Below are positions 1 through 12,869 of a stretch of 64,000 nt of DNA, piece after piece. Origin of the DNA: Octopus sinensis (taxonomy: Eukaryota); NCBI RefSeq assembly GCF_006345805.1, contig NC_043004.1:17670001-17734000 (forward strand). The letters run 5' to 3'. Positions within the stretch are counted from its first letter, which is position 1, and each line of letters begins with the position of its first letter. The translations under genes were made by a program, and so were the position numbers. Under the pieces are notes generated by a model. That model was not told the origin of the DNA, ran no database searches, and was given only the letters and a program-made list of their open reading frames with translations.

Positions 1-458
1 TCCAAACTAACAGTGCCAACAAACTCAAATATGCAAGCGAAGAAATTTCTGCTCTCCCCTTTCCACCAGCGTGGGTTAAAATCAGCAAACACTATGCTTT
101 TTTTCGGTAAAATCCGAGACATTAAGTAGAGAGAGATGAATTATAATTTCAACAATTGAGGGTAAAATTAATTAATTAATTAATCAATTTCACCAAGTAT
201 TCAGTATGCAAAGGGACCATTTAAGGCGAATTCAAATTATTACATTATATAAAAGGGCTTAGTAAAATAAATTACTTTGATTAATTAATTAATTTTACCC
301 TCAATTGTTGAAATTATAATTCATCTCTCTCTACTTAATGTCTCGGATTTTACCGAAAAAAGCATAGTGTTTGCTGATTTTAACCCACGCTGGTGGAAAG
401 GGGAGAGCAGAAATTTCTTCGCTTGCATATTTGAGTTTGTTGGCACTGTTAGTTTGGA
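1..458. repeat. Inverted repeat (arms ~1-184 and ~279-458); bases 1-278 are an inverted copy of 745-882 joined to 319-458
   Basis: TCCAAACTAACAGTGCCAAC at 1 is the reverse complement of GTTGGCACTGTTAGTTTGGA ending at 458; the spacer 185-278 is the reverse complement of ~745-840. Confidence 0.95.
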
Positions 459-882
459 GCAGATCTTCAGAAGCGATAACAAGCCGAAAGGGTATGCTCC
501 CATTTTCAGTGTTTTCAAATTCAAACAAGGGCATTCTGAGCTGATGAGAGAAGGGTCGATTTTGACTAATCTTGAAACGTACGTACTCAAATAACCTTTG
601 CATTTGATTTTTTAATGTCTCTACCCCCATACTTCCTTGAGTTGAATTGAGCAAACACTATATGAGAGAGGTTTTCTTTAAGTGTTGGAAATAGTTTTAT
701 AAAAAGTTTTTTTAGCTGCTATTTCTAACGAGTTCAGTATGCGGCAAAGTAATTTATTTTACTAAGCCCTTTTATATAATGTAATAATTTGAATTCGCCT
801 TAAATGGTCCCTTTGCATACTGAATACTTGGTGAAATTGATTAATTAATTAATTAATTTTACCCTCAATTGTTGAAATTATA
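279..882 (+). mobile_element. Non-autonomous Penelope-like/retrozyme-like element, ~564-nt monomer with ~40-bp terminal direct repeat and internal hammerhead
   Basis: TTAATTAATTAATTTTACCCTCAATTGTTGAAATTATA at 281-318 and again at 845-882; HHR at 527-598; inverted partial copy upstream; no recognisable ORF. Confidence 0.6.
527..598 (+). ncRNA. Type I hammerhead ribozyme, minimal, palindromic stem III
   Basis: Stem I TGAG(537-540)/CTCA(586-589), extended by ATT/AAT and AAGG/CCTT; CTGATGA 541-547; stem II GAGA...TCTT with inner GTC/GAC; GAAA 574-577; CGTACG 578-583; TA 584-585 (predicted cleavage after 585). Confidence 0.85.
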
Positions 883-900
883 TGAATATATATATATGAG

Positions 901-949
<49 letters not shown>

Positions 950-1619
950 AACAGGTGCACATAGTGTTGTTATCGATCTTTTCAAGTTAATTTAATAATA
1001 TTCTATTTGCATCTAAAATCAAGTCAGTATGAAACAAATTTAGAAAATGGTTGTACATCTTCGCATTTGTAGAATCGTTCTCTTGCGTCGCCTGCAGGCA
1101 CTTTTAGGCCATCAATGAAATTATTATCATCATTCCAGTCACACCCCACGTCTCAACCAAAAATTCTAAATTTAGAGTGACTTTTAGCATATTGAACAAA
1201 ATTATGTCTTTCTAATTAATTATTGGAAGCTACTTTGTTCATCAGACATTTCTTAAGATGTTTCTTCGATTCACAATTTATGTCTTTCTAGAGTTCCTGT
1301 TTGTGATAACATTCATTGTTGTTAATGTTGATATTTCGGTATGTTTGTTGTATAGCTGCAGGTTATTTCTGATTGAACAGACTTATGATCAAAATGCTTT
1401 CCACCCTTGGCGATCCTTTGCTTGTTATGTCAAAGATTGTGCGGTACAAAGTATCCCCGTTGTACTTGCGGACTTTGTTGCTGTTGCTGTTGTTTATTAT
1501 TTATCATCGCCGTGGTCATAGACCTAGATTTCACCAACATTGAATCAAACACCTTACAACCCAAAACAATTTTCTCCTACTTCCTCTTGTTTTTATAAAG
1601 TTTGTACACTCTACATAGG

Positions 1620-1826
1620 TTTCAAAATTGGGCACAAGGCCAGCAATTTCAGGGGAAGTGATAAGTCGATTAATTCAAACCCTCTGCTCAACTGATATTT
1701 TCCCTCGACCCCAAAAGTATGAATGGCAAAGTCGACCCCGGCGAACTAAGAACGTAAAGACGGGCGAAATACCGCAAGGCATTTTTGTCCTGCCTGTTAA
1801 CGAATTTGCCAACTCGCCGCCTTAGC
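1620..1826 (-). mobile_element. tRNA-derived SINE, family B (GAGTTCAAATTCCGCCGAGGTCGACTTTGCC type)
   Basis: Reverse-strand match to the copies at 2258-2432, 10684-10885 and 40090-40665; A/B-box-like head. Confidence 0.65.
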
Positions 1827-2257
1827 GTTCACTCTCTATCACTCACAGATTTGTTGACTATTTTGCAACGCACAATATTTCTCTTCAACTTTTGTTTCAG
1901 TTGTTCGTTCTTTTGCGCCCTTTATCAGGGTTTACGTTTGCTCTCATTATTATTTATTCCACCTGCCTTCTAATTCCTGGTATTCTTTTTCTCATATTAT
2001 TCTAGTTTTCTTGGTAAAGTACCCATGTAAAACTCTTCTTTCTAGTCTTGAATACACCTGGAAAAGGTCAGGTCAGGTCAGGGAAACCGAAATTTCATAT
2101 ACAGCTAGCAAGTGAAAAACAGACGTGTTGACGATTGGCCTACCCTCCCTACATATACAAGCTTCTAACATTCATGAAAATATTTCAATAACGCTATAAC
2201 TGTTATATCGAAAACTAGGTGTGTGACTTTTTAATTCTAATATTATACTTTGGAAAG

Positions 2258-2432
2258 GTGGCGAGCAGGTAGAATCGTTAGCACGCCGGCCAAAATGCTG
2301 AGCGGCACCTCGTCTATCTGCCCATTCTGAGTTCAAATTCCACCGATAAAATAAATACTAGTTAAGCCCTGGGTTCGATGTTATCAACTTACCTGCTTCC
2401 CCAAAATTGCTGGCCTTGTGCTAAAATTTGAG
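2258..2432 (+). mobile_element. tRNA-derived SINE, family B
   Basis: GGTGGCGAGCAGGTAGAATCGTTAGCACGCCGG head, GAGTTCAAATTCC B-box-like motif, tail CCCCAAAATTGCTGGCCTTGTG shared with other copies. Confidence 0.7.
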
Positions 2433-3507
2433 AATAATATTACACTTTGTACTTTATGAAGGTGCATAGCTTAGTTGGTAGGAGTCGCTCGCAAGATTGT
2501 GGTTTCGATTCCTGGACCGGGCGCTGTATTGTATTCTTGAGCAAAACACTCCGTTTCATGTTGCTCCAGTCAACTTACTTGTAAGTGGATCACCCTGTGA
2601 CACACTGAGGAAAAAATGAGAGAAAGTTGTGGCGAAAGAGTCAACAGAAGTTCACCATTACCTTCTGCCGGAGTCGCGTGGAGCTTAGGTATTTCGCTCT
2701 TAAACACACACATCGCCCGGCCTGAGCTTCGAACCCGCGATTCCTCGATCGCGCGTCCGCTGCTCCAACCACTAGGCCATGTGCCTCCGCACGCACACAC
2801 ACACACACACAGATACCAGTAGACAATGAGTCATATTTCCATTTATTTATTATTTACTGGAACGCTAAAATCTTTGTACGGCTAGTTGGAGTAGGAGGGT
2901 GTAGTGACTATAACAGACTGACACGTCGGCGTTACCAAACTAATTTTATTAATATATAGATATTACCTTGAGTGTAATATTCATACTGACATATTTTGCA
3001 ATCCTTCTTTGGTGGACGGAAACAGATGCTGGATGAAGTGGATAAATGCATTAGAAAGCTTAACAAGTCACAGTGAACGAAATAACGCCAGTAAATTATA
3101 TATGCAAATGATAGAAGACAGTGATTAGTGCTCGATGTAATGGCAACCAGTATCGAAGAATACGGAATGTTATTTCGTATTTATACGAAGTTCAGAGACA
3201 ACAAATTCAGTAAAGTGTTGTCTTGTCGTCTAAGGACTAGGTGCCAGGCTTCAATGGAGTATAAGTGACCGAGATGACAGCATTTCCCCTAGATCCGGTA
3301 GCTTATTAAGTCTCTACGTGATGTTTGTATTCATTAGACGTATATGCGTATCACTGCCGAATTGACTTGTGAAATTTTTTTTTTTATCTAAAACTGCTTT
3401 ATTCATTATTTTTACATTCTAAAGTTTTTCTTCAAATTAAGTAAAATAAACAAAAAAGAAAATCCAAAAGTAATGCAGAATTGATTATACTGTTTTAGAA
3501 TTGTTGC

Positions 3508-3872
3508 AGGCGCGTGGCTTAGTGGTTAGGGAATTCGGCTCACGTTCGTAAGGTTGTGAGTTCGATTCCCGGTAACACGTTGTGTTCTTAAACAGGACAT
3601 TTTATTTCACGCTTTTGGAATTCAAAGGTCCAAATTGTTACATTCTATGTCACGTTAAATCACCTTGAGAACTGCGTTAAGGGTATGCGTATCTGTGGAG
3701 TGCTCAGTTAATTTCTCGAGCAAGCTGTTCCATTGATCGGTCAGTTGGAACACTCATCGAGGTCGACTTTGCCTTTCATCCTTTCACGGTCGATAAATTA
3801 AGTACCAGTTGCGTACTAGGGTCGATCTAATCGATTGCCCCCACCCCCAAAAAATTTGGGCCTTGTGCCTAG
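3508..3872 (+). mobile_element. tRNA-headed SINE (family C) joined to the 3' part of a family B SINE
   Basis: GTGGCTTAGTGGTTAGG...GAGTTCGATTCCCGG head, similar to 2462, ~16645 and ~41066; GAGGTCGACTTTGCCTTTCATCC onward matches family B. Confidence 0.6.
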
Positions 3873-5591
3873 AATAGTAAAGAATTGGAACACTCGTCGT
3901 CGTAATCATGGAGAACCAATTTTTTCTTTTAGAATTTCCAAAAAAGAAAATCTCCCCCCCACCACCAAAAGCAAAACCAAACAAAAAAATGCCTGTGTTA
4001 AGCAAGTTGAATTGAGAAGCAGGGAACAGTATGAAGAATTATCGCTTGTTGCAGCATGGGTATATGCTTGCATGTTTGCCATAACGTTAGAAAAGCCAAA
4101 AGAAAAAGAATGTTAACCGTCCTTAGAAAATAAAAACATTCCTGCCAAACCAGGTGGCGAATACACTAGAGCAAGAAAACAATGCGTTACATGAGTGCAT
4201 AAATGACTGTTGCATAAATGCCAATAGAGAAAGGACACCATGAAAAATATGCACAAAAATCGAACGCAGACGTCATGCAGAAAAGATAGCTGAAGATAAT
4301 TGAGCTTAATGCTTTCAGGATTTTGCTCATGCCAACGTGTTCAACAACGAAGTAGGAGAGCGAAAATACTGTCAACATAACAAAGCTGCAGGTAAATGTG
4401 TACGAAAAAAGTAACGTGCAGAAGTAGTGAGAACAAATTATATGATGCTTGTGAAGAATAATCCTGTTTATGAGGAAAAGTGCGTGCGCATAAATAAAGC
4501 AACAATTTTAAAACACAAACAAGGAAATATAGCAAAGAAGGCAGATATTTCAAATGCAAAACACAAAAGGAATGCAATTGAAAATGAAGACAGAAAAAAA
4601 GGTATTATCCATATCCAAAAAAGTTATTATTACAAAACTGGTGCAAAAATGCTAAGCACATGCAAAAAAACGTTTATGCAGTGTTTCTGAAATTCCCAAG
4701 AAATGTTGGAATAGCACAATGAAGTGAGAAAATCACATTAGGTGAAGAAATTAATGAAATAATTTTAGAAATCTAGTCGCACTAAAACGGCAAAGCAACT
4801 AAAATGTGCTATCAACAGCAGCCAAGAGCCGTTATTTACCGTGGCTATATATTATGAAATGTGAAAACATCACCCATCGAATGCAGATATTACTGGTTCA
4901 GAATAAATATTCCAGTGGTAGCCAGGTTGTATTCATTCAGGACCTGCGTTTCTAGAGGATAACTAGTTGGATTTTCTAGAAAAATCAAGCGCCATGTTGT
5001 TTTCACGGGTGTTTTACCTTGTAGTACCATTTTAGTTGTTGATTCTTGTAGTACCATTTTAGTTGTTGATTCTTGATGGAGGTGACCATTTCCCTGTGTG
5101 GAATTATCGATTTCAGCGGTTTGGAATAACGGTTCGGAAATTTCAGGGTCCGGGGTCAATTTAATGTATGTGGTGCTTTTAGACACGTCGAGTTTGTTCT
5201 CCGAGTTCTTGGTTTGAGATGCCGAGTGCTGTTGTTTCTTCCGCACTCCTATTCTGCAACGAATGTTTTCTTCGACAAGTAGTTGTGGTGGGTGGTTGGG
5301 GCTGGAGATCATTTTTAACAGGGTTTATAGCTTTGTCTTCTTTTTCGGCTGTTCTTAATATTAGGTACGCTGTGCGTTTTGAAGATAACTACTCTAGAAT
5401 TTGTCTGAATTTCCAAATACGCGCGGGTGTGGCTGTATGGTAAGAAGCTAGATCCCCAACCGCGTGGTTCCGGGTTCAGTTCCACTACGTGGCACCTTGG
5501 GTCTTTCTGCTAAAATCTCGGACCGACCAAAATCTCGTGACTGGATTTGGAAGGCGGAAACTGACAAAAGCCCGTCGTGTGTATATGTATA

Positions 5592-6870
5592 CGAGGGGCG
5601 TTCAATAAGTAATGCCTCTGACCCACTTGCAGTTGTTTGATCTAGCTGTGCAATTGTTTATATCTCTATAGAGTAAGTGGCAAATTACAGCTCTGAACTA
5701 ATTGTAGTTTTCGATTTACAGGTGTTTGAACTGAGTCAAGTGTGAAATGGAGCATGTTGAGTGTCGAGCAGTGATCCGGTTTTTGTATTTGAAAGGACGC
5801 ACACCACGGGAGACTTTTGATGAAATGAAAGTAACTTATGGTGATGATGCCCCATCATATGACCTTGTAAAACGCTGGCATCGTGAATTCAAACATGGTC
5901 GGAACTCTGTGGAAACAGCTCCCAGATCTGGTCGCCCCCTTCTGCCATTGATGAGGCATCTGTCTGTCAAGTTGAGGCTGCCATTTTGGAAGATCGACGC
6001 ATAACTATTCGCCAAATAGCCCATGAGGTCAAGATTGGTACCAGGTCTGTGGAAACTATCATTCATGACCATTTGCATATGCAAAAGGTGTCTGCCAGAT
6101 GGATTCCCAGGTTGCTCACACCGTTCCAGAAGCAAGAACGCGTTGATTGCTCGAGGATGAATTTGGAGATGTGCCAAGAAGATGAGTCAAAATTTTTCAA
6201 AAGACTGATTGCATAGGATAAAACCTGGGTCCATCACGATGATCCAGAGACCAAAGCTCAGTCAATGCAGTGGAAGCACCGTGACTCACCTCCTCCAAAG
6301 AAGGCAAGGGTGCAGCCCTCCGCTGGCAAGGTTATGCTTACAGTCTTCTGGGACCAGAACGGAGTAGTGAAGACAGATTTCCTGGCAAAGGGTGCCACAA
6401 TTACAGGAGTCTATTATGCTTCACTTTTGAGGAAATTAAGAGAAGCTATCAAAATCAAGAGGCGGGGCAAGATCAGCAAAGGCATCCTCATCCTGCAGGA
6501 CAACGCTCCGATCCACAACTCGCGTGTCGCCAGATCAGAAGCACAGGCGTGCGGCTATGAACTCATCCCCCATCCCCCTACTCTCCTGACCTTGCACCCT
6601 CTGATTTTCACCTCTTCCCAGCCATGAAGTTGTTTTTGAAAGGAAAGCGTTTCCCAGATGATTCAGCCTTGATTTCTGAAGTCACGTCGTGGTTGGAGGA
6701 CCAAGCTGGGGTCTTCTACAAAAACGGTCTCCAGAGCTGTATCAAACGATGGGAGAAATGCATAACTCTGGGTAGTTCCTATGTAGGAAAAGACTAATAA
6801 CTGTTCCAAGTTTCGTTGCTCTACTGCTATGGGAAGTGGGTCAGGGGCATTACTTATTGAACGCCCCTCG
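5592..6870 (+). mobile_element. Full-length mariner transposon (1279 bp), inactive
   Basis: ~37-bp TIRs CGAGGGGCGTTCAATAAGTAATGCC(T/C)CTGACCCACTT with one mismatch; TA duplication at 5590-5591 and 6871-6872. Confidence 0.97.
5747..6797 (+). pseudogene. Mariner transposase pseudogene
   Basis: HTH N-terminus (MEHVECRAVIRFLYLKG), WIPRLLT (WVPHEL-like), QDNAPIH, and YSPDLAPSDF in a shifted frame; split across three frames with a stop near the first catalytic Asp. Confidence 0.92.
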
Positions 6871-7831
6871 TACATATGTGTATGGTATTTGTGTGTGTCC
6901 GGGCTTGACAACTGGTTTTGGTGTGTTTATGCCCCCGCAACTTAGAAGTTCGTCAAAAAAATACCGATAGAATAAGTACCAAGTACCAGACCTTAAAAAC
7001 GTAAGTACTGGGATCAAGGTGGCACCCCATTATGGCCGTAGTCAAGTGACTGAAACAAGTAAAAGATAAAATATCTTATTTCCCTACCTCATTGAGTTTA
7101 TAGCCGTACACCCAATAAATAAATATTGTGAAAGAGGTACAGAGCATATGACTCACCCTGGCTATAATGAATATTCGATGATTAACACTACTGTTTGAGG
7201 CTAGGGAATGCGAGAGATGAGAGAGGAAAGACACTTCCGTACGGGTGAAAACACGATCGACCTGAACAAATCTTTAAATAGATCTCTCTAATTTGAATTT
7301 GCTTGCTTTCAAATAACTATCAGATCAGAAGGTTCTAGAATCCGTCCGGCGGGAAAACCTGCACACTTCCTCTGAAGTTACTTTCTCAACCATAAATAAG
7401 TCAATCACTGCTGATTGGCCGTATCATATCCTTTAGGCGTTAATCCCTTTTATGCACCTCTTTGCCTGTTATCGAAATATATCAGGTCATGATTCTAGGC
7501 TGATAAAATCCAAAGGTTCGAATCTCAGTCGGGTTCTTACTACAATTTTTTGCATTTCTTTGGTTTCAGTGTGTATTGCTTGTATGAGTTGTTCTGTTTC
7601 TGTTTTAAGGATCTTTCTTATTATATATTATGAATACCATATATTTTACTGGTTTGTTTGAATTTTTCGTCAACCATGGTTGTGTGATAAAGAAACTCGC
7701 TTTGCATCCACATAGTTTCTGGTTCAGTCCCACTGCGCGGCACCTTGGGCAAGTGTCTTTTTCTACTGTAGTCCTGGTCCAACCAATGATTTGTCAGTGA
7801 ATTTAGTAGACGGATACTGTGTGAAAGCCCG

Positions 7832-7880
<49 letters not shown>

Positions 7881-7885
<5 letters not shown>

Positions 7886-8032
7886 TATTTACATTTGACG
7901 GATATTTGTCCTCATCTTGTTTGTTGTTAGCACCGCGTTTCGGCTGATATTCCCCGCCCCCAGTTTTTATCAGGTGTCTTCGGGAAATTTCGAACCTGGG
8001 TTCTCATTCCTAATGCATTTTTCGGTGTTATA

Positions 8033-8079
<47 letters not shown>

Positions 8080-8206
8080 CATTATTATTATTATTATTCA
8101 GGTCACTGCCTGGAATCGAACGAGGAATCTTGGGGTTAGTAGCCCGCGTTCTTAACCACTACGCCATATACCTTTGGGCATATCCGTCAAATGTAAATAG
8201 TGTAAA
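7881..8206 (-). mobile_element. Short PLE-like non-autonomous element with 25-bp inverted ends and a degenerate hammerhead
   Basis: TACATTATTTACATTTGACGGATAT (7881-7905) is inverted at 8182-8206 with one mismatch; HHR-like core on the minus strand; also contains a reverse tRNA-like head at ~8099-8168. Confidence 0.5.
7931..7977 (-). ncRNA. Degenerate type I hammerhead ribozyme (probably inactive)
   Basis: Minus strand ACAC-CTGATAA-AAACTG...CAGCC-GAAA-CGCG-GTG; G8, U16.1 and H17 deviate from the consensus core. Confidence 0.4.
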
Positions 8207-8444
8207 TAATGTAAATAATGTACATAATTCCTCATCTCTTAAATATAGAACTGAAATAAAATATAGTTAACTGTTATTATTTTAGCTCTGTAACTACCCG
8301 TATTTCCAGTTTTATTTCTTTTTTTTATTTTATGACCTAACCAAAATACTCCTACAGTTACCCACGCCGGAAGTAGCCTTTTCCTGTATATGGGAGTACA
8401 CCACTAAGTATTCTAACTATTCTAATTCTATTACTAAACTTTTT

Positions 8445-9266
8445 TAGTCGGCAGAATGGTTTCCAGAGGCAATCGTCTGGACAGTAGACGAACTAAACTG
8501 CTTAGAAGAGAAAGACAAGAAAGTTGCTGAGTAGATATGTGATACTTCACCCCAAAAAGTGATACAGCCAGACTGTATGTATCAAGAAAAAGAGGAGAAA
8601 GAGGACTGATTGGATACGAACACAGCATTAGAGCAGAAGAAAACAACATAGCACGGTATGTAAAAAATGCCACGGAACCACTATTATTGGAAGTAAGAAG
8701 GAAGTATGTAGGATGGAAGATTGCAAAGATAAGCACTGTACAAGCGCTTGAGAATGAATGAAACTGAAAATAGGTGGATAAAGAAAAGAATGCATGGACA
8801 ATTTCAAAGGGATGTTGAAGATAAGATAGACAGAGTAAAAAGATGTCTATGGATGACTAAAATAGATTTAAAACCGGAAACGGAGGCTCTAATCTGTGCT
8901 GCCCAAAAGTAAGCACTAAGAACCAATTACATGAAATACAGAATAGACAACACATCAAAAAGTGATAAATTCAGATTCTGTGGACAAAATGGTGAACTCG
9001 TATGGCATATTACCAGCCAATGTACGCCACTAGCCCTGAAAGAATATAAGAGACGTCATGATAATATAGCAAGGATTGTCCATTGGACACTTTGAAACAA
9101 GTATAGACTTGACAGAGTAAAAAAGTGGTACGAACATAAACCCGAAGGCATCATCTAAAATGATAATGCAAAGATCCTGTGGGATTTTATGATTCAGTGC
9201 GACCATGAGATAGAGAATAGGAAGCCAGATATATTGTTAATTGAGAAAGAAAGCAAACGATGCTGG

Positions 9267-9270
<4 letters not shown>
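8445..9270 (+). mobile_element. R4/Dong-clade non-LTR retrotransposon fragment (post-RT region, zinc knuckle, RLE endonuclease), copy 1
   Basis: Translated pieces HPKSDTARLYVSRKRGERGL, RMHGQFQR, LKPETEALICAAQ, CG...HITSQC...RRHD, WDFMIQCDHEIENRKPDILL; several in-frame stops. Confidence 0.85.
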
Positions 9271-9298
<28 letters not shown>

Positions 9299-9309
9299 TA
9301 TTATTATTA

Positions 9310-9394
<85 letters not shown>

Positions 9395-9759
9395 CATTAT
9401 TATTATTATTATTCAGGTCACTGCCTGGAATCGAACGAGGAATCTTGGGGTTAGTAGCCCGCGTTCTTAACCACTACGCCATATACCTTTGGGCATATCC
9501 GTCAAATGTAAATAGTGTAAATAATGTAAATAATGTACATAATTCCTCATCTCTTAAATATAGAACTGAAATAAAATATAGTTAACTGTTATTATTTTAG
9601 CTCTGTAACTACCCGTATTTCCAGTTTTATTTCTTTTTTTTATTTTATGACCTAACCAAAATACTCCTACAGTTACCCACGCCGGAAGTAGCCTTTTCCT
9701 GTATATGGGAGTACACCACTAAGTATTCTAACTATTCTAATTCTATTACTAAACTTTTT

Positions 9760-10683
<924 letters not shown>

Positions 10684-10885
10684 GGCGGTGAGTTGGTAAG
10701 TCGTTAGCACGCTGGACGAAATGCTTAGGAATATTTCGTCTGCCGCTGCGTTCTGAGTTGAAATTCTGCCGAGGTCTACTTTGCTTTCATTCATTTGGGG
10801 TCAATAAAATAAGTACCAGTCGAGCATTGGGATTGATCTAATCGACTTATCTTCTTCTCCCGAAATTGCTGGCCTTGTGCCAACA
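10684..10885 (+). mobile_element. tRNA-derived SINE, family B
   Basis: GGCGGTGAGTTGGTAAGTCGTTAGCACGCTGG head, CTGAGTTGAAATTCTGCCGAGG, tail GCTGGCCTTGTGCC. Confidence 0.75.
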
Positions 10886-12152
10886 TTTAAAATCATCATC
10901 ATTATTATTATTGGTTATCGAGGCAGAAAAACGTGCTCCAAAATCTTGGATTTTATAAAGTCTACGAAAGATTTTATTCCAGCTTTTGGATTAGTTTGAT
11001 ACAGAAAAAAAATTTATTTTTCCTAACGAAATAAAAACAGGGAAGTTAGTGGAGTTCTCTCTTCTTTTTTTTTTAAGACTATGTTTTTTCTTCAGAGTTT
11101 AACAATGAGAACAGCATCGAGACATGCTTCTTCCTTATAAATTGTAAACAAAGGCAAAAAAATTCAGTAAACGAATATTTGCGACCAAAATTGAAAAAAA
11201 AACGTGGAGAAAACAACGTGTCACCAGGCATACATCAAGTAAAAACATCTAACACAATGGAAGTAAAAAAACAGAAATATCTTAACGGTCACGAGAAAAT
11301 ATGCACGCACTCACACATTTAAACGTACATACGTAGGTACGTACATTCGTAATGTCTTGAATGCAACGATAAACATTTCATTCTGTAATGTTATCACTGA
11401 TTTGAATAAAGAAGTAATTTGAATAAAGAAGTAAATAAGTGAATAGATAGATTGAGAGATGGATGTAGGCGGAGATAAATAGAGAGATAAATATAGACAG
11501 ATAGATCGATAGAGAGATAATGATGAGTGAATTTACTGAATAAAAACAAAAAGAAAAACAACTGCAGTATTTTCCCGGACCATTATTATCAAGGAATCAC
11601 AAATATAGGACAATACGTAGAAACACGGTAACGTTGTATCTCTTGACAAAACAAAGGTTACAAGTGAGGGTATTTCTAAGGTAAACACTTGTGTGCTGGC
11701 AGTGCAGCTGTACTCTGTCTCCGAATGAAGGAGACGACGCCTCACCAGAACGAGGAAGCAGCTCTGTAGCTGTTTCGGTCCCTTCCACCACGACACCAGA
11801 GCTTCCTAAGCTTCCTACATTTCTCAAACGGGACGAATTTCTAGAGCGCTTTTTTTTTGCCCTTGGGCTCATAAGTCTGTTTATCCGGCTTACATGCATA
11901 TAAGTGACTAAAATCACAACATTCTCTCCGAACAAGTCGTTGGTCCATTGCAGGGCCTAGGGCCAGTAATTTTTGAGGGAAAAGGACAAGTCAACTACAT
12001 CAACTTGAATGTTACTTTTATTTAATCGACCTTCAAGAGATGGAAGACAAAGTTGACCTCAGCAGGATTTGAACTCGGAAAATAATGCGCTAAAAGAAAT
12101 GACTCTCAGCATTTTGTCCGACGTACCAACAACTCTGCTAGCACACCATCTT

Positions 12153-12198
<46 letters not shown>

Positions 12199-12650
12199 CC
12201 TCACTCTTTGATCAATAAATAAATTCCTAAACCGAAAAGATTAGATAGATCTTTCAAGAATAAGATAAATGCTAAGATACTCCATAGAAGTCAGAAGTAG
12301 ATTTTGCATCAATGCACGCAAAAACTATTGGATTTTGTAACAGGAATTGCAAATAAATATTTCTACAAACTTGGACTTCGAAAGGATTCTTAGATGAAAA
12401 TTCTGAAACATGGAAAGACAGGCAAGTGTTTGTACTGTAGATATAACATTATGAAATTTGGCAACTGCTTATGACCATGCGAAAAGGAGAGTTGATTCAA
12501 CAAATATTTCTCTCCAATATTTACCTTAATCATATAAATCTATTTTTCTAAGCAAAGAGCTAACGAGTTTTTTAAGCAACCACACCTCGTTAGATCCCTT
12601 TTAATTTGCGCTCCCTAATGTGTGAGTGTGTGCGTGTGCATATGTATATG

Positions 12651-12681
<31 letters not shown>

Positions 12682-12750
12682 ATACATACATACATATACA
12701 TATGCATATGTATATGTATATATATGTAAATGTATATATATATGTATATA

Positions 12751-12868
<118 letters not shown>

Positions 12869-12869
12869 A

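Larger units (their letters stand above)
5423..7071 (+). mobile_element. tRNA-derived SINE, family A (internal TA/CA microsatellite, CR1-like tail), split by a mariner
   Basis: 5' part 5423-5591 (GGTTCAGTTCC B-box-like) and 3' part 6871-7071 (CATTATGGCCGTAGTCAAGTGACTGAAACAAGTAAAAG) match the intact copies at 28857, 48022 and 55083. Confidence 0.8.

Noticed and set aside
4140-4700. Lys/Asn-rich broken frames ending in YYYKTGAKMLSTCKKTFMQCF, faintly like a DNA transposase motif
   Set aside because: Too many stops and too little similarity to assign by eye; needs a profile search.
9189-9585. Poly-Ile/Tyr/His/Asn ORFs, and the many YI-, HT-, CV- and MYVC-repeat ORFs across the window
   Set aside because: They are translations of (ATT)n, (TA)n, (CA)n and (TATG)n microsatellites, which lack stops in several frames.
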